A DNA stretch of 15,180 nt from a virus, in UHGV virus genome UHGV-0058267. One strand, 5' to 3'. How positions within the stretch are numbered: the first letter of the stretch is position 1; each line of letters opens with the position of its first letter. Below the pieces are notes generated by a model. The model made no database searches. It saw nothing but the letters and a program-made list of their open reading frames with translations, and had not been told where the DNA came from. Position numbers and translations under genes: made by a program. Shown one piece after another: positions 1-8,740 of the stretch.

Positions 1-231
1 CATTACGTCATGAGTGCAACCGCAGAGATCGGGCGTGTTGCTGCAGGTGCGGTATCTGGCGATGTAAAAACCAGTGCAGGTCGTCGTGATGCTATCAGCA
101 GCATTAACTCTGTAACACGACTGATGGCGCTGGCCGCTGTTTCATTGCAGGCCCGTTTACAGACTAATCCTGCGATGGCGAGTGCAGTTGATACCGTGAC
201 TGGCCTCGGTGCTTCATTCGGTTTGCTGTGA
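1..231 (+). CDS. C-terminal part of a phage CII-like regulator (186-type early region); 5' end lies outside the window
   Basis: Frame is open from window position 1 to the stop at 229-231. C-terminal sequence LQARLQTNPAM...GASFGLL resembles the conserved C-terminus of 186-family CII proteins as recalled; sits upstream of the replication module. Confidence 0.5.
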   Translation, partial: HYVMSATAEIGRVAAGAVSGDVKTSAGRRDAISSINSVTRLMALAAVSLQARLQTNPAMASAVDTVTGLGASFGLL

Positions 232-238
232 GGTGCTT

Positions 239-535
239 ATGCTTACGAAAGAACCATCATTTGCATCGCTGCTGGTAAAACAAAGCCCGGCAATGCACTA
301 CGGTCACGGCTGGATCATGGGTGAGGATGGTAAACGCTGGCATCCGTGTCATTCACAAGATGAATTGCTGTCTGAATTGACCACGGGGAAACGGAGAAAG
401 TCAAAATGTATGCAGCGGAAAGTGAAGTGGTTTATCAGTTTCGTTACAGAGGGGAGAGTTATTCAGTACCTGAAGATGATTTGCTCTGTTGTTATCCGTC
501 GTTGTCGGGCGATGGCAGTTACTTTTTCACGCTAA
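239..535 (+). CDS. hypothetical early phage protein; 3' end uncertain
   Basis: ATG at 239 preceded by GAGGTG. N-terminal ~55 residues look protein-like, the distal part is Cys/Arg-rich and overlaps the 406-630 ORF out of frame. Confidence 0.3.
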   Translation: MLTKEPSFASLLVKQSPAMHYGHGWIMGEDGKRWHPCHSQDELLSELTTGKRRKSKCMQRKVKWFISFVTEGRVIQYLKMICSVVIRRCRAMAVTFSR

Positions 536-630
536 AGGATGGGACGTTTTTACGGGGAGAGCAGGTTAAAGAAACGATACGAAAAAATGTATCTCCTCTT
601 GAACGTTACCGTAATAACAAACAACGATAG
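406..630 (+). CDS. hypothetical small phage protein (74 aa)
   Basis: ATG at 406 preceded by GGAGAAAG; balanced amino-acid composition; no recognisable motif. Confidence 0.4.
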   Translation: MYAAESEVVYQFRYRGESYSVPEDDLLCCYPSLSGDGSYFFTLKDGTFLRGEQVKETIRKNVSPLERYRNNKQR

Positions 631-652
631 TTGCGTTTTGGGGATATGAATT

Positions 653-994
653 ATGGCAATTAATGGCGCTGCGGCGACTGTTCCATTAAGCCCCGGTGAA
701 CGCCTGAATGGACTTAATCACATTGCGGAGCTAAGGGCGAAAGTTTTTGGCCTGAATATTGAGTCAGAGCTTGAGCGGTTTATTAAAGATATGCGTGATC
801 CACGGGATATCAATAACGAACAAAATAAACGGGCACTGGCTGCTATATTCTTTATGGCAAAAATTCCAGCTGAACGTCATAGCATCAGCATTAATGAGCT
901 GACCACTGACGAAAAGCGGGAGCTGATTAAAGCAATGAATCATTTTCGTGCAGTGGTGAGCTTATTTCCCAGACGGCTAACCATGCCGAATTAA
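653..994 (+). CDS. hypothetical phage early protein (113 aa)
   Basis: ORF on the same strand as the rest of the early operon; no recognisable motif. Confidence 0.5.
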   Translation: MAINGAAATVPLSPGERLNGLNHIAELRAKVFGLNIESELERFIKDMRDPRDINNEQNKRALAAIFFMAKIPAERHSISINELTTDEKRELIKAMNHFRAVVSLFPRRLTMPN

Positions 995-1061
995 CCAACT
1001 AATGAAATTAATGGCGTAAACCCGCCGGGCATCCCTTTATCTAAATTCAGGAGAATTGATT

Positions 1062-1295
1062 ATGCGTAATATTGAAACCCTCACGACTAAAACCGGACCG
1101 GATGATGCAGGGCTTAATATTTTACTGACAGAGGCTCGTCTGGAAGAACGCCGGGCAAGGGCTGAAGCAATGGCAGCTCGCCTTGATAGTCTGGCGTGTC
1201 ATATTACATCCCGCCAGCTAAACCACGTCGAAGCGGCAGAACTGCTGCGTGTGACTGCTGAAGCAATCCAGAACGAAGCGCAGGAGATCCACTAA
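1062..1295 (+). CDS. hypothetical phage early protein (about 77 aa)
   Basis: ATG at 1062 preceded by CAGGAGA (the tracked ORF start at 1056 is a TTG); its stop TAA overlaps the start of the next gene (TAATG at 1293-1297). Confidence 0.5.
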   Translation: MRNIETLTTKTGPDDAGLNILLTEARLEERRARAEAMAARLDSLACHITSRQLNHVEAAELLRVTAEAIQNEAQEIH

Positions 1296-1522
1296 TGGCT
1301 GATGCAATGGATCTCGTACAGCAGCGCGTTGAAGAAGAACGCCAGCGCCATATCCGTGCTGCCCGTGCCAAAACGCCGGGCGTGTCCCGCGTGCTTTGCA
1401 TTGAGTGTGAAGCGCCAATTCCGCCAGCACGCCGCCGCGCCATTCCAGGTGTGCAGCTTTGCATTACCTGTCAGGAAATCGCAGAACTGAAAGGCAAACA
1501 TTACAACGGAGGTGCTGTATGA
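1295..1522 (+). CDS. TraR/DksA-family C4 zinc-finger protein
   Basis: Four Cys in CxxC...CxxC arrangement (CIECEAPIPPARRRAIPGVQLCITCQ), typical of phage TraR-like proteins; stop overlaps the Dam start (ATGA at 1519-1522). Confidence 0.7.
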   Translation: MADAMDLVQQRVEEERQRHIRAARAKTPGVSRVLCIECEAPIPPARRRAIPGVQLCITCQEIAELKGKHYNGGAV

Positions 1523-2376
1523 GCACCATCCTGAAATGGGCGGGAAATAAAACGGCCATTATGGCAGAACTGAAAAAATACCTTCCTGCTGGCCCGCGAC
1601 TGGTTGAACCTTTCGCGGGTTCCTGTGCTGTGATGATGGAGACGGATTACCCCAGCTATTTGGTTGCGGATATTAATCCTGATTTAATCAACCTCTATAA
1701 AAAGGTTGCCGCTGATTGTGAATCGTTTATATCTCGCGCCAGAGTTTTATTTGAGAACGCAAACAGGGAGATGGCTTATTACAACATAAGGCAGGAGTTT
1801 AATTACTCAACTGAAATTACTGATTTCATGAAAGCAGTATATTTCCTGTATCTCAATCGTCACGGTTACCGTGGTTTATGTCGCTATAACAAGAGCGGGC
1901 ATTTCAACATTCCCTACGGTAATTATAAAAATCCGTATTTCCCTGAAAAAGAAATTCGTGCATTTGCAGAAAAAGCCCAGCGGGCAACATTTATCTGCGC
2001 CAGCTTCGATGAAACGCTGGCAATGTTGCACGCGGGAGATGTGGTGTATTGCGATCCGCCGTATGACGGTACGTTTTCCGGCTATCACACTGATGGTTTC
2101 ACTGAAGATGACCAGTATCACCTGGCATCCGTTCTTGAACATCGGTCATCAGAAGGACATCCAGTCATTGTTTCTAACAGTGACACATCCCTGATCCGTT
2201 CGCTGTATCGCAATTTTACTCACCACTATATCAAGGTAAAACGCAGCATCGGTGTGGCAGCTGGCGAGGGTAAATCAGCAACAGAAATCATTGCTGTTTC
2301 CGGGCCGTGCTGCTGGATGGGATTTGATTATTCGCGTGGCGTGGATAGTTCTGCCGTGTACGGAGTACGTGTATGA
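1519..2376 (+). CDS. dam: Dam-type N6-adenine DNA methyltransferase (orphan, phage-encoded)
   Basis: ATG at 1519 preceded by GGAGGTG; N-terminus [11 protein letters not shown] and catalytic DPPY motif ([10 protein letters not shown]); about 285 aa; stop overlaps the gpA start (ATGA at 2373-2376). Confidence 0.85.
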   Translation: MSTILKWAGNKTAIMAELKKYLPAGPRLVEPFAGSCAVMMETDYPSYLVADINPDLINLYKKVAADCESFISRARVLFENANREMAYYNIRQEFNYSTEITDFMKAVYFLYLNRHGYRGLCRYNKSGHFNIPYGNYKNPYFPEKEIRAFAEKAQRATFICASFDETLAMLHAGDVVYCDPPYDGTFSGYHTDGFTEDDQYHLASVLEHRSSEGHPVIVSNSDTSLIRSLYRNFTHHYIKVKRSIGVAAGEGKSATEIIAVSGPCCWMGFDYSRGVDSSAVYGVRV

Positions 2377-4787
2377 GTCATGACGATATGAGCAACTCTA
2401 GCGGCTTTAACGAGGCCGCTGCAGCATTTTCATGGAACGGCCCGAAAAAGGCCATTAACCCTTATCTGGACCCGGCGGAAGTTGCGCCGGAGTCTGCACT
2501 TTCAAACCTGATCACTCTGTACGCTGCCGATAATGAGCAGGAACAGCTGCGCCGCGATGCACTGAGTGAGCAGGTCTGGGAGCGTTATTTCTTTAATGAA
2601 TCTCGTGATCCTGTCCAGCGCGAAATGGAGCAGGATAAGCTCATTAGCCGGGCAAAGCTGGCGCATGAACAGCAGCGTTTTAACCCGGACATGGTCATTC
2701 TGGCGGACGTCAGCGCCCAGCCCACCCATATTAGCAAGCAGCTGATGCAACGTATCGAATACTTCAGCAGCCTGGGCAGGCCAAAGGCTTATTCCCGCTA
2801 TTTGCGTGAGACGATTAAGCCATGTCTGGAGCGACTGGATTGTGTACGTGACAGTCAGCTGTCTGCTTCTTTCCGTTTTATGGCAAGCCATCAAGGGATG
2901 GAGGGCCTGCTGATCCTGCCTGAAATGAGTCAGGATCAGGTGAAACGCCTGTCCACCCTGGTAGCTGCGCATATGAGCATGTGCCTTGATGCAGCTTGTG
3001 GCGATTTGTATGCCACCGATGACGTTAAGCCAGAAGAAATCCGCAAGACATGGGAAAAGGTGGCGGCGGAAACCCTGCGTCTGGATGTCATCCCACCTGC
3101 GTTTGAGCAACTCCGTCGGAAAAGAAACCGCCGTAAACCCGTGCCCTATGAACTCATTCCGGGTTCGCTGGCGCGTATGTTGTGCGCCGACTGGTGGTAT
3201 CGGAAATTATGGAAGATGCGTTGCGAATGGCGGGAAGAGCAGTTGCGTGCTGTCTGCCTGGTCAGCAAAAAAGCATCTCCCTATGTCAGCTATGAAGCCG
3301 TGATGCATAAACGTGAGCAGCGCCGTAAGTCGCTGGAGTTTTTCCGTTCTCATGAACTGGTGAACGAAGACGGCGACACGCTGGACATGGAGGATGTGGT
3401 AAACGCCAGCAGCAGCAACCCTGCGCATCGCCGCAATGAGATGATGGCCTGTGTTAAAGGTCTGGAGCTTATCGCGGAAATGCGCGGTGACTGCGCCGTT
3501 TTCTACACTATCACCTGTCCGTCACGTTTCCATTCCACGCTCAACAACGGCAGACCCAACCCGACCTGGACAAATGCGACGGTAAGACAAAGCAGCGATT
3601 ATCTGGTCGGCATGTTTGCTGCATTTCGTAAGGCAATGCACAAAACCGGGTTGCGCTGGTATGGCGTGCGGGTGGCTGAGCCGCACCATGACGGTACTGT
3701 GCACTGGCATCTCATGTGCTTCATGCGTAAAAAAGACCGCCGCGCCATCACTGCATTACTGCGTAAGTTTGCCATCCGTGTAGACCGCGAGGAGCTGGGC
3801 AACAACACGGGGCCACGCTTTAAGTCTGAGCTGATTAACCCGCGCAAAGGAACACCGACAAGCTACATCGCGAAATACATCAGTAAGAACATTGACGGGC
3901 GTGGTCTGGCTGGCGAGATCAGCAAGGAAACGGGTAAATCCCTGCGTGATAACGCCGAATACGTTAATGCCTGGGCGTCTCTGCATCGTGTTCAGCAGTT
4001 CCGCTTCTTTGGTATTCCGGGACGTCAGGCTTACCGTGAACTTCGCTTGCTGGCTGGTCAGGCGGCAAGGCAACAGGGTGACAAAAAAGCAGGTGCGCCG
4101 ATACTGGATGACCCGCGCCTTGATGCCATCCTGGCTGCTGCTGATGCTGGTTGTTTTGCCACCTACATCATGAAGCAGGGCGGCGTACTGGTTCCCCGTA
4201 AATATCACCTTATCAGAACCGCTTATGAAATCAACGAAGAGCCGACCGCCTATGGCGATCACGGCATTCGTATTTATGGCATCTGGTCACCCATTGCAGA
4301 GGGCAAGATCTGCACTCATGCAGTGAAGTGGAAAATGGTTCGTAAGGCCGTTGACGTTCAGGAGGCGGTAGCCGACCAGGGCGCTTGCGCCCCTTGGACT
4401 CGTGGCAATAACTGTCCCCTTGCTGAAAATTTGAACCAACAGGAGAAAGATAAATCAGCAGATGGGGACCCCAGAACGGATATTATCAGCATGGATGACA
4501 AGGAGTTGCACGATTTCCTGCACAGTATGAGCAAAAAAGAGCGCCGGGAACTGGCAGAAAGGCTTCGCCTGGTTAAACCGATACGGCGTAAAGACTACAA
4601 ACAGCGAATTACAGACCATCAGCGACTGCAGCTCGTCTATGAGCTGAAGTCCAGAGGATTTGATGGTAGCGAGAAAGAGGTCGATTTACTCCTTCGCGGC
4701 GGCAGTATTCCGTCAGGAGCAGGCCTGCGTATCTTCTATCGGAACCAGCGTTTGCGGGAAGATGATAAGTGGCGGAACCTGTATTAA
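2373..4787 (+). CDS. A: P2 gpA-like rolling-circle replication initiator (HUH endonuclease)
   Basis: 804-aa ORF; HUH-type motif VHWHLM and paired tyrosines YIAKYISK; size and position match the P2-family A gene. Confidence 0.85.
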   Translation: MSHDDMSNSSGFNEAAAAFSWNGPKKAINPYLDPAEVAPESALSNLITLYAADNEQEQLRRDALSEQVWERYFFNESRDPVQREMEQDKLISRAKLAHEQQRFNPDMVILADVSAQPTHISKQLMQRIEYFSSLGRPKAYSRYLRETIKPCLERLDCVRDSQLSASFRFMASHQGMEGLLILPEMSQDQVKRLSTLVAAHMSMCLDAACGDLYATDDVKPEEIRKTWEKVAAETLRLDVIPPAFEQLRRKRNRRKPVPYELIPGSLARMLCADWWYRKLWKMRCEWREEQLRAVCLVSKKASPYVSYEAVMHKREQRRKSLEFFRSHELVNEDGDTLDMEDVVNASSSNPAHRRNEMMACVKGLELIAEMRGDCAVFYTITCPSRFHSTLNNGRPNPTWTNATVRQSSDYLVGMFAAFRKAMHKTGLRWYGVRVAEPHHDGTVHWHLMCFMRKKDRRAITALLRKFAIRVDREELGNNTGPRFKSELINPRKGTPTSYIAKYISKNIDGRGLAGEISKETGKSLRDNAEYVNAWASLHRVQQFRFFGIPGRQAYRELRLLAGQAARQQGDKKAGAPILDDPRLDAILAAADAGCFATYIMKQGGVLVPRKYHLIRTAYEINEEPTAYGDHGIRIYGIWSPIAEGKICTHAVKWKMVRKAVDVQEAVADQGACAPWTRGNNCPLAENLNQQEKDKSADGDPRTDIISMDDKELHDFLHSMSKKERRELAERLRLVKPIRRKDYKQRITDHQRLQLVYELKSRGFDGSEKEVDLLLRGGSIPSGAGLRIFYRNQRLREDDKWRNLY

Positions 4788-4879
4788 TTACGCGGGTTAA
4801 CAATTCGTGCTCTAAATAATACCCGGTATATCAGGCTGATGAACGTAAAAAAACGTTTTACATCAGTAAGATTATTGTA

Positions 4880-4899
4880 TACTGTGAATATAAACAGTG
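4880..4899 (+). promoter_or_regulatory. LexA (SOS) box, CTGT-N8-ACAG
   Basis: tactgtgaatataaacagtg: CTGT at 4882-4885, 8-nt AT-rich spacer, ACAG at 4894-4897; lies 40-60 bp upstream of the 4941 ORF within AT-rich promoter-like sequence. Confidence 0.6.
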
Positions 4900-4940
4900 G
4901 TTATATATACAGTATTGCGTGTGGTGTCATAGGAGGAAAA

Positions 4941-5129
4941 ATGCAGGACTATTTTTTGGAGTCTTTGAAGCTCCAGCGCATTGATTTTTTTCTTAAGCTT
5001 GTCGCGGCTAGTGAGTGTAGTGATGAAGAGAAGGGGCTGGCTCTGCAGTGGGTTTCTGAATTGACTGATGAACTCATGGCAAAAATCAGAACTCACGAAT
5101 ACAACCGCTCAATGGATGTCATCAGTTGA
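4941..5129 (+). CDS. small SOS-regulated protein (62 aa), candidate Tum-like antirepressor position
   Basis: ATG at 4941 preceded by AGGAGG; directly downstream of the LexA box; followed 20 nt later by the DinI-like gene. Confidence 0.45.
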   Translation: MQDYFLESLKLQRIDFFLKLVAASECSDEEKGLALQWVSELTDELMAKIRTHEYNRSMDVIS

Positions 5130-5149
5130 GGTGACTTTTATGCGCATTG

Positions 5150-5373
5150 AAATAATGATCGATAAAGAGCAGAAGATTAGCCAGTCTACCCTGGACGCCC
5201 TTGAATCCGAGCTTTACCGCAATCTGCGCCCCCTGTATCCCAAAACGGTAATTCGTATCCGAAAAGGTAGCTCTAACGGTGTGGAACTGACCGGACTGCA
5301 ACTGGACGAAGAAAGAAAACAAGTGATGAAAATTATGCAGAAGGTGTGGGAAGACGACAGCTGGCTGCATTAA
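5150..5373 (+). CDS. DinI-family protein (74 aa)
   Basis: MRIEIMIDK...LDALESEL...WEDDSWLH parallels E. coli DinI (MRIEVTIAK...IDALAGEL...WESADDWF) as recalled; RBS GAGGTGA; LexA box upstream. Confidence 0.75.
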
Positions 5374-5462
5374 GAAACGTTGCTGGCATCAGTACTTGAT
5401 TCTGAAGCCAGCAAGGTTGAACAACGAGCAGGGCGAGGCGTTAGTGTTATCATCAAAGAATT

Positions 5463-6020
5463 TCACATAAACATCTGGATTTGCTCGTTTTTTAGTTGGT
5501 TGATTTTTTCGCGCAATCTGATCTTTTCATCAGCTTTTTCCAAAGAGGCTGGTGACATGCAGTTAATCAAAGCGTCAAGGTGCTCTGGAGATTTGATAAT
5601 AAAGAACTTTTTGTATTTATTAACAAAAACGACAGAGCATTTTTTACGTTTAAGAAGCTCAATCACGTTACTCAGAGTACCCGTGCTCTTCGTATCCCAA
5701 ACCATTAATCCATAATCGGCTTCTTCTGCCATTTTGAGATCTTTCGCAGTGAAAAACGCGCGAGTGCCGGCTGCATGGCTAGTACTTACTACATGTACAG
5801 GCCATGAGCCAAGATTATTGCGCGGTTTTTCTGAGCTACTGAATACTGTGGCTTTTTCACATCCAAGTTCTAGCAATACGCGTTGAACAGATGAATCAAC
5901 ACCATTGGCATCACCAACTACAATACGAAAACGCGAGTTAACAATTTTTTTCAGACGATCCACGATGAGTGTGTCAAGGTTTTTGATGGTTATTGAACCA
6001 GCAACAAATACCGTAGTCAT
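5463..6020 (-). CDS. SLOG/DprA-like Rossmann-fold protein (about 185 aa), candidate nucleotide-binding or processing component
   Basis: Likely start is the ATG at 6018-6020 (MTTVFVAGS...) with GGAG 6 nt upstream. Motifs VFVAGS and GDANGVDSSVQRVLLELG recall the G-x-A-x-G-[IV]-D core of DprA/Smf/LOG-type domains. Starts 2 nt after the upstream gene's stop. Confidence 0.45.
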   Translation of the reverse strand: MTTVFVAGSITIKNLDTLIVDRLKKIVNSRFRIVVGDANGVDSSVQRVLLELGCEKATVFSSSEKPRNNLGSWPVHVVSTSHAAGTRAFFTAKDLKMAEEADYGLMVWDTKSTGTLSNVIELLKRKKCSVVFVNKYKKFFIIKSPEHLDALINCMSPASLEKADEKIRLREKINQLKNEQIQMFM

Positions 6021-6022
6021 CA

Positions 6023-6604
6023 CTATCTCCAAGTCAAAGCTGCAACATAAATGCTTCTAACCTTAGTATAATCGTTTAGCACAGCACAAGCAGCCTCCAT
6101 AGATGCGCCTGTATGGTAGAGGTCGTCAATGATAAGGACATTCCAGTTGCCATTATTCTCAATACTGTCATTAACAGAGAACGAATTACCCAGCGCCGTG
6201 ATTTTCTCTTCTTTTGTATTCAGGTTCTTTAGCGAAGCCCCGCCGGGGGCTTTCAACAAGAGGTCATCGAAGCATGGTTTGCCAACTAGTTTGGCTAGTT
6301 CCTGAGCTATTTCGGTCACTGGCTGGCGTGCACGCTGATTAGATGCAGCCATTGGAACGATAAACCCGACATTGCTGAAATGAGGAAAGGCATGCTCTGC
6401 TAGGCATTGGGCTAAAGGCTTAACTTGTGACCAATCGTCACGGTATTTAAGCTGGAAAAGAGATTCGCCTACCTCAGTACGCTCAGTCTCAAACCGCATA
6501 TGTCCCCACTCATCGTAACCAATGGGAATGCTGCGGATGCTGTGTTTATCCATCGCAAGACCTAATTCCCAATTTCCAACAATCTGTTTTATGTTGACTT
6601 TCAT
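6023..6604 (-). CDS. phosphoribosyltransferase (PRTase)-like protein (193 aa)
   Basis: VLIIDDLYHTGAS fits the type I PRTase PRPP-binding signature (four hydrophobic residues, two acidic, then T-G); first gene of a two-gene minus-strand operon. Confidence 0.55.
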   Translation of the reverse strand: MKVNIKQIVGNWELGLAMDKHSIRSIPIGYDEWGHMRFETERTEVGESLFQLKYRDDWSQVKPLAQCLAEHAFPHFSNVGFIVPMAASNQRARQPVTEIAQELAKLVGKPCFDDLLLKAPGGASLKNLNTKEEKITALGNSFSVNDSIENNGNWNVLIIDDLYHTGASMEAACAVLNDYTKVRSIYVAALTWR

Positions 6605-6951
6605 GGCTCACCGTTTGCTGTGTAAAACACCAAAGACTACCTCTTGTTATATTTGGTGAAAGCGAAAGTTTCATTTTTTGCAGTGGAGATCAAATGTTAC
6701 TCCGTGAACATTTTTAGCATGTGGCCTCGCTACACGGTTTGGCGTAACTACTGCATGTCTATACTGCATGAATCCGCATGATCGTTTAAGGATCGCTCTA
6801 GTTGGGGCCTGCTAGGTATGGCGGGCTTTTGCTTATGTCATGCAGGTGCATGAAAACCACTATATAAAGCGGGCAGGCGTGGCGGGGATACGATTGCGCT
6901 CGCATCCTTTTCGTATTAATCTGATATCAATTTAAAACGAAGAGTTCGCAA

Positions 6952-8055
6952 ATGAAAATTATTTCAATATTTAATAATAAAGGTGGTGTAGGAAAATCCA
7001 CTCTTGGATACCATACTGCGCATGCATTGGCAGAGAAAGGTATTAAAACTTTAATGATTGACCTTGATCCACAGTCGAATCTCACTTTACAGTGTATTTC
7101 TCCTGAGGAGTTAGAAAAGTTATGGCTAGAAGAAGAGCCATTTATTGAGGACTTCCAATCAGCTTTAGAGGAAAGTAAACTTTCGTATCAAGATTTTTTG
7201 AGTAAGCCGAGAAGCATTCATTGCTTATTAAAACCAATAGAAGATGGCGTCTACGAATCTTCTTCACTAAGTTCTGTTTATGAGCTTAATGATAAATTAG
7301 GTATTATTCCAGGTCGTTTAAGTTTGCATAAATATGAGGATAAAATCGCGAAGGGTTGGAGTGATGCCTTCATGGGAGAACCTCAAGCACTGCGACTTAT
7401 TACCAGTATTAGGAACTTATGTCTAGAAGCAGAGGAAAAATTTGGTTATGAAATGGTAATAATAGACACATCTCCTAGTCTCGGTATGCTTAACAGAGTT
7501 ATCATTTCTACATCAACCGGATTTTTTGTCCCATGCATGCCCGATATGTTCTCCACCTTTGGGATTACTAACATAGGAGAGTCATTAAAGAATTGGAAAA
7601 ATCAGTTCGATACCATGTATAAACTTTTGCCTGATAAAAAGAGAAATGTTTTCCCTAAAAACTTCGTTAAGTTTTTAGGTTATACTATTTATAACGCGAA
7701 GAAATATGAAGGCAGAAATGAACTTGATTTAGCGACCGCGCATTACTCATATGTTCAGAAAATTCCCAATGTGATCAAAAAACACATTCCTCAAGAATGT
7801 TATCAAGAGCAAGATCTTGCAGACATTTCACAACCAATTGGTGGAAAATCAGTTATTCACTCGCATAATACTCTTCCTTCTATGTCTCAAAAGTATAGGG
7901 TGCCCATATGGAAAGTTCCTTTCATCCAATCCATGAGCGCAGAAGACAGAGCCACTGTTTCAGGTAATAGACAGACTTTTCTTGACAAGCAGCAGGCATA
8001 TAGTGATTTTGCCGATTCTCTTTTGGCTCGTATTGATAAGATTGGAGAAGAATAG
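6952..8055 (+). CDS. ParA/MinD-family ATPase (367 aa)
   Basis: Deviant Walker A NNKGGVGKST near the N-terminus and Walker B-like MVIIDTSPS; strongly AT-rich coding sequence. Confidence 0.8.
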   Translation: MKIISIFNNKGGVGKSTLGYHTAHALAEKGIKTLMIDLDPQSNLTLQCISPEELEKLWLEEEPFIEDFQSALEESKLSYQDFLSKPRSIHCLLKPIEDGVYESSSLSSVYELNDKLGIIPGRLSLHKYEDKIAKGWSDAFMGEPQALRLITSIRNLCLEAEEKFGYEMVIIDTSPSLGMLNRVIISTSTGFFVPCMPDMFSTFGITNIGESLKNWKNQFDTMYKLLPDKKRNVFPKNFVKFLGYTIYNAKKYEGRNELDLATAHYSYVQKIPNVIKKHIPQECYQEQDLADISQPIGGKSVIHSHNTLPSMSQKYRVPIWKVPFIQSMSAEDRATVSGNRQTFLDKQQAYSDFADSLLARIDKIGEE

Positions 8056-8057
8056 TT

Positions 8058-8735
8058 ATGGCTCTTAAAGAAAAATATGCGGACATTTATAGGCGTCTTA
8101 AAGATGAGATCGATGCCTATGAATATTTCATGAAGAATATTAAAAATTTTTTCGAGTCAACTAAAGTAAAAGCTCATGTCCATTCACTTCGTTTTAGGTT
8201 GAAAGATATTGATCATCTTTTAGAGAAAATAGAAAGAAAAAACCATGAGGATGATCAGTTACCTGAAGCAGAGCGAAAAGGTCATATCACAGCTGAAAAT
8301 ATTTTTAACCGTATAACGGATATAGCTGGAATAAGAGTATTACACCTTCATTTAAGTCAAATGGAAGATATACATCGTGCAATTATGAGGGCAGTAGATG
8401 AAGGGGAGTATGCGCTTTTTGAAGAGCCAAAGGCATATACTTGGGATCCTGAGTCCAAAGTTTATTTTGAGAGTTTGGGTCTTAAGCCTCATGTAAAACA
8501 AAGTTTTTATACGAGCATTCATTATGTCCTGAAACCTAATAGAGAAGGGAGTGTTACTTGTTGTGAAGTTCAAGTCAGAACTCTTCTTGAGGAGGTTTGG
8601 GGGGAAATTGATCATACAATGAATTATCCTATCCAGCATGTCGATGAGAACTGCAAAGAACAGATAAAAATTCTTGCTAGACTGATTGGCGCTGGAAGTC
8701 ATTTAGCTGATTCAATTATGAAACGCTATCAATGA
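8058..8735 (+). CDS. RelA/SpoT-type nucleotidyltransferase (small alarmone synthetase / toxSAS-like, 225 aa)
   Basis: Synthetase-domain motifs in canonical order: R-x-K...K (RFRLKDIDHLLEK), D-x-x-G-x-R (DIAGIRV), Y-x-S-x-H (YTSIHYV), E-x-Q-x-R-T...W...H (EVQVRTLLEEVWGEIDH). Start is 2 nt after the ParA-like stop with GGAGAA upstream. Confidence 0.7.
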   Translation: MALKEKYADIYRRLKDEIDAYEYFMKNIKNFFESTKVKAHVHSLRFRLKDIDHLLEKIERKNHEDDQLPEAERKGHITAENIFNRITDIAGIRVLHLHLSQMEDIHRAIMRAVDEGEYALFEEPKAYTWDPESKVYFESLGLKPHVKQSFYTSIHYVLKPNREGSVTCCEVQVRTLLEEVWGEIDHTMNYPIQHVDENCKEQIKILARLIGAGSHLADSIMKRYQ

Positions 8736-8740
8736 AGAAC

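Noticed and set aside
2502-3110. 202-aa minus-strand ORF inside gpA, with similar antisense ORFs at 3207-3428, 3522-3847 and 3756-4262
   Set aside because: Fully embedded antisense in a well-supported 804-aa gene with a clear HUH motif; no ribosome-binding site context or recognisable motifs; typical shadow ORFs.
5374-5462. Partial match to the P2 cos sequence (GGCGAGGCG at about 5431-5439) and an imperfect inverted repeat (5389-5422)
   Set aside because: Only 9 of 19 cos nucleotides match from memory, and the inverted repeat has a 19-nt loop; insufficient to call a cos site or terminator.
6860-6925. Possible sigma-70 promoter for the ParA-like operon (TTGCGC about 6894-6899, TATTAA about 6914-6919)
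   Set aside because: Spacing of about 14 bp is suboptimal and alternative hexamers exist; not confident enough to annotate without transcript-start data.
8352-8702. 116-aa minus-strand ORF inside the RelA/SpoT-like gene
   Set aside because: Antisense to an ORF with a full, correctly ordered motif set; AT-rich sequence readily yields spurious open frames.
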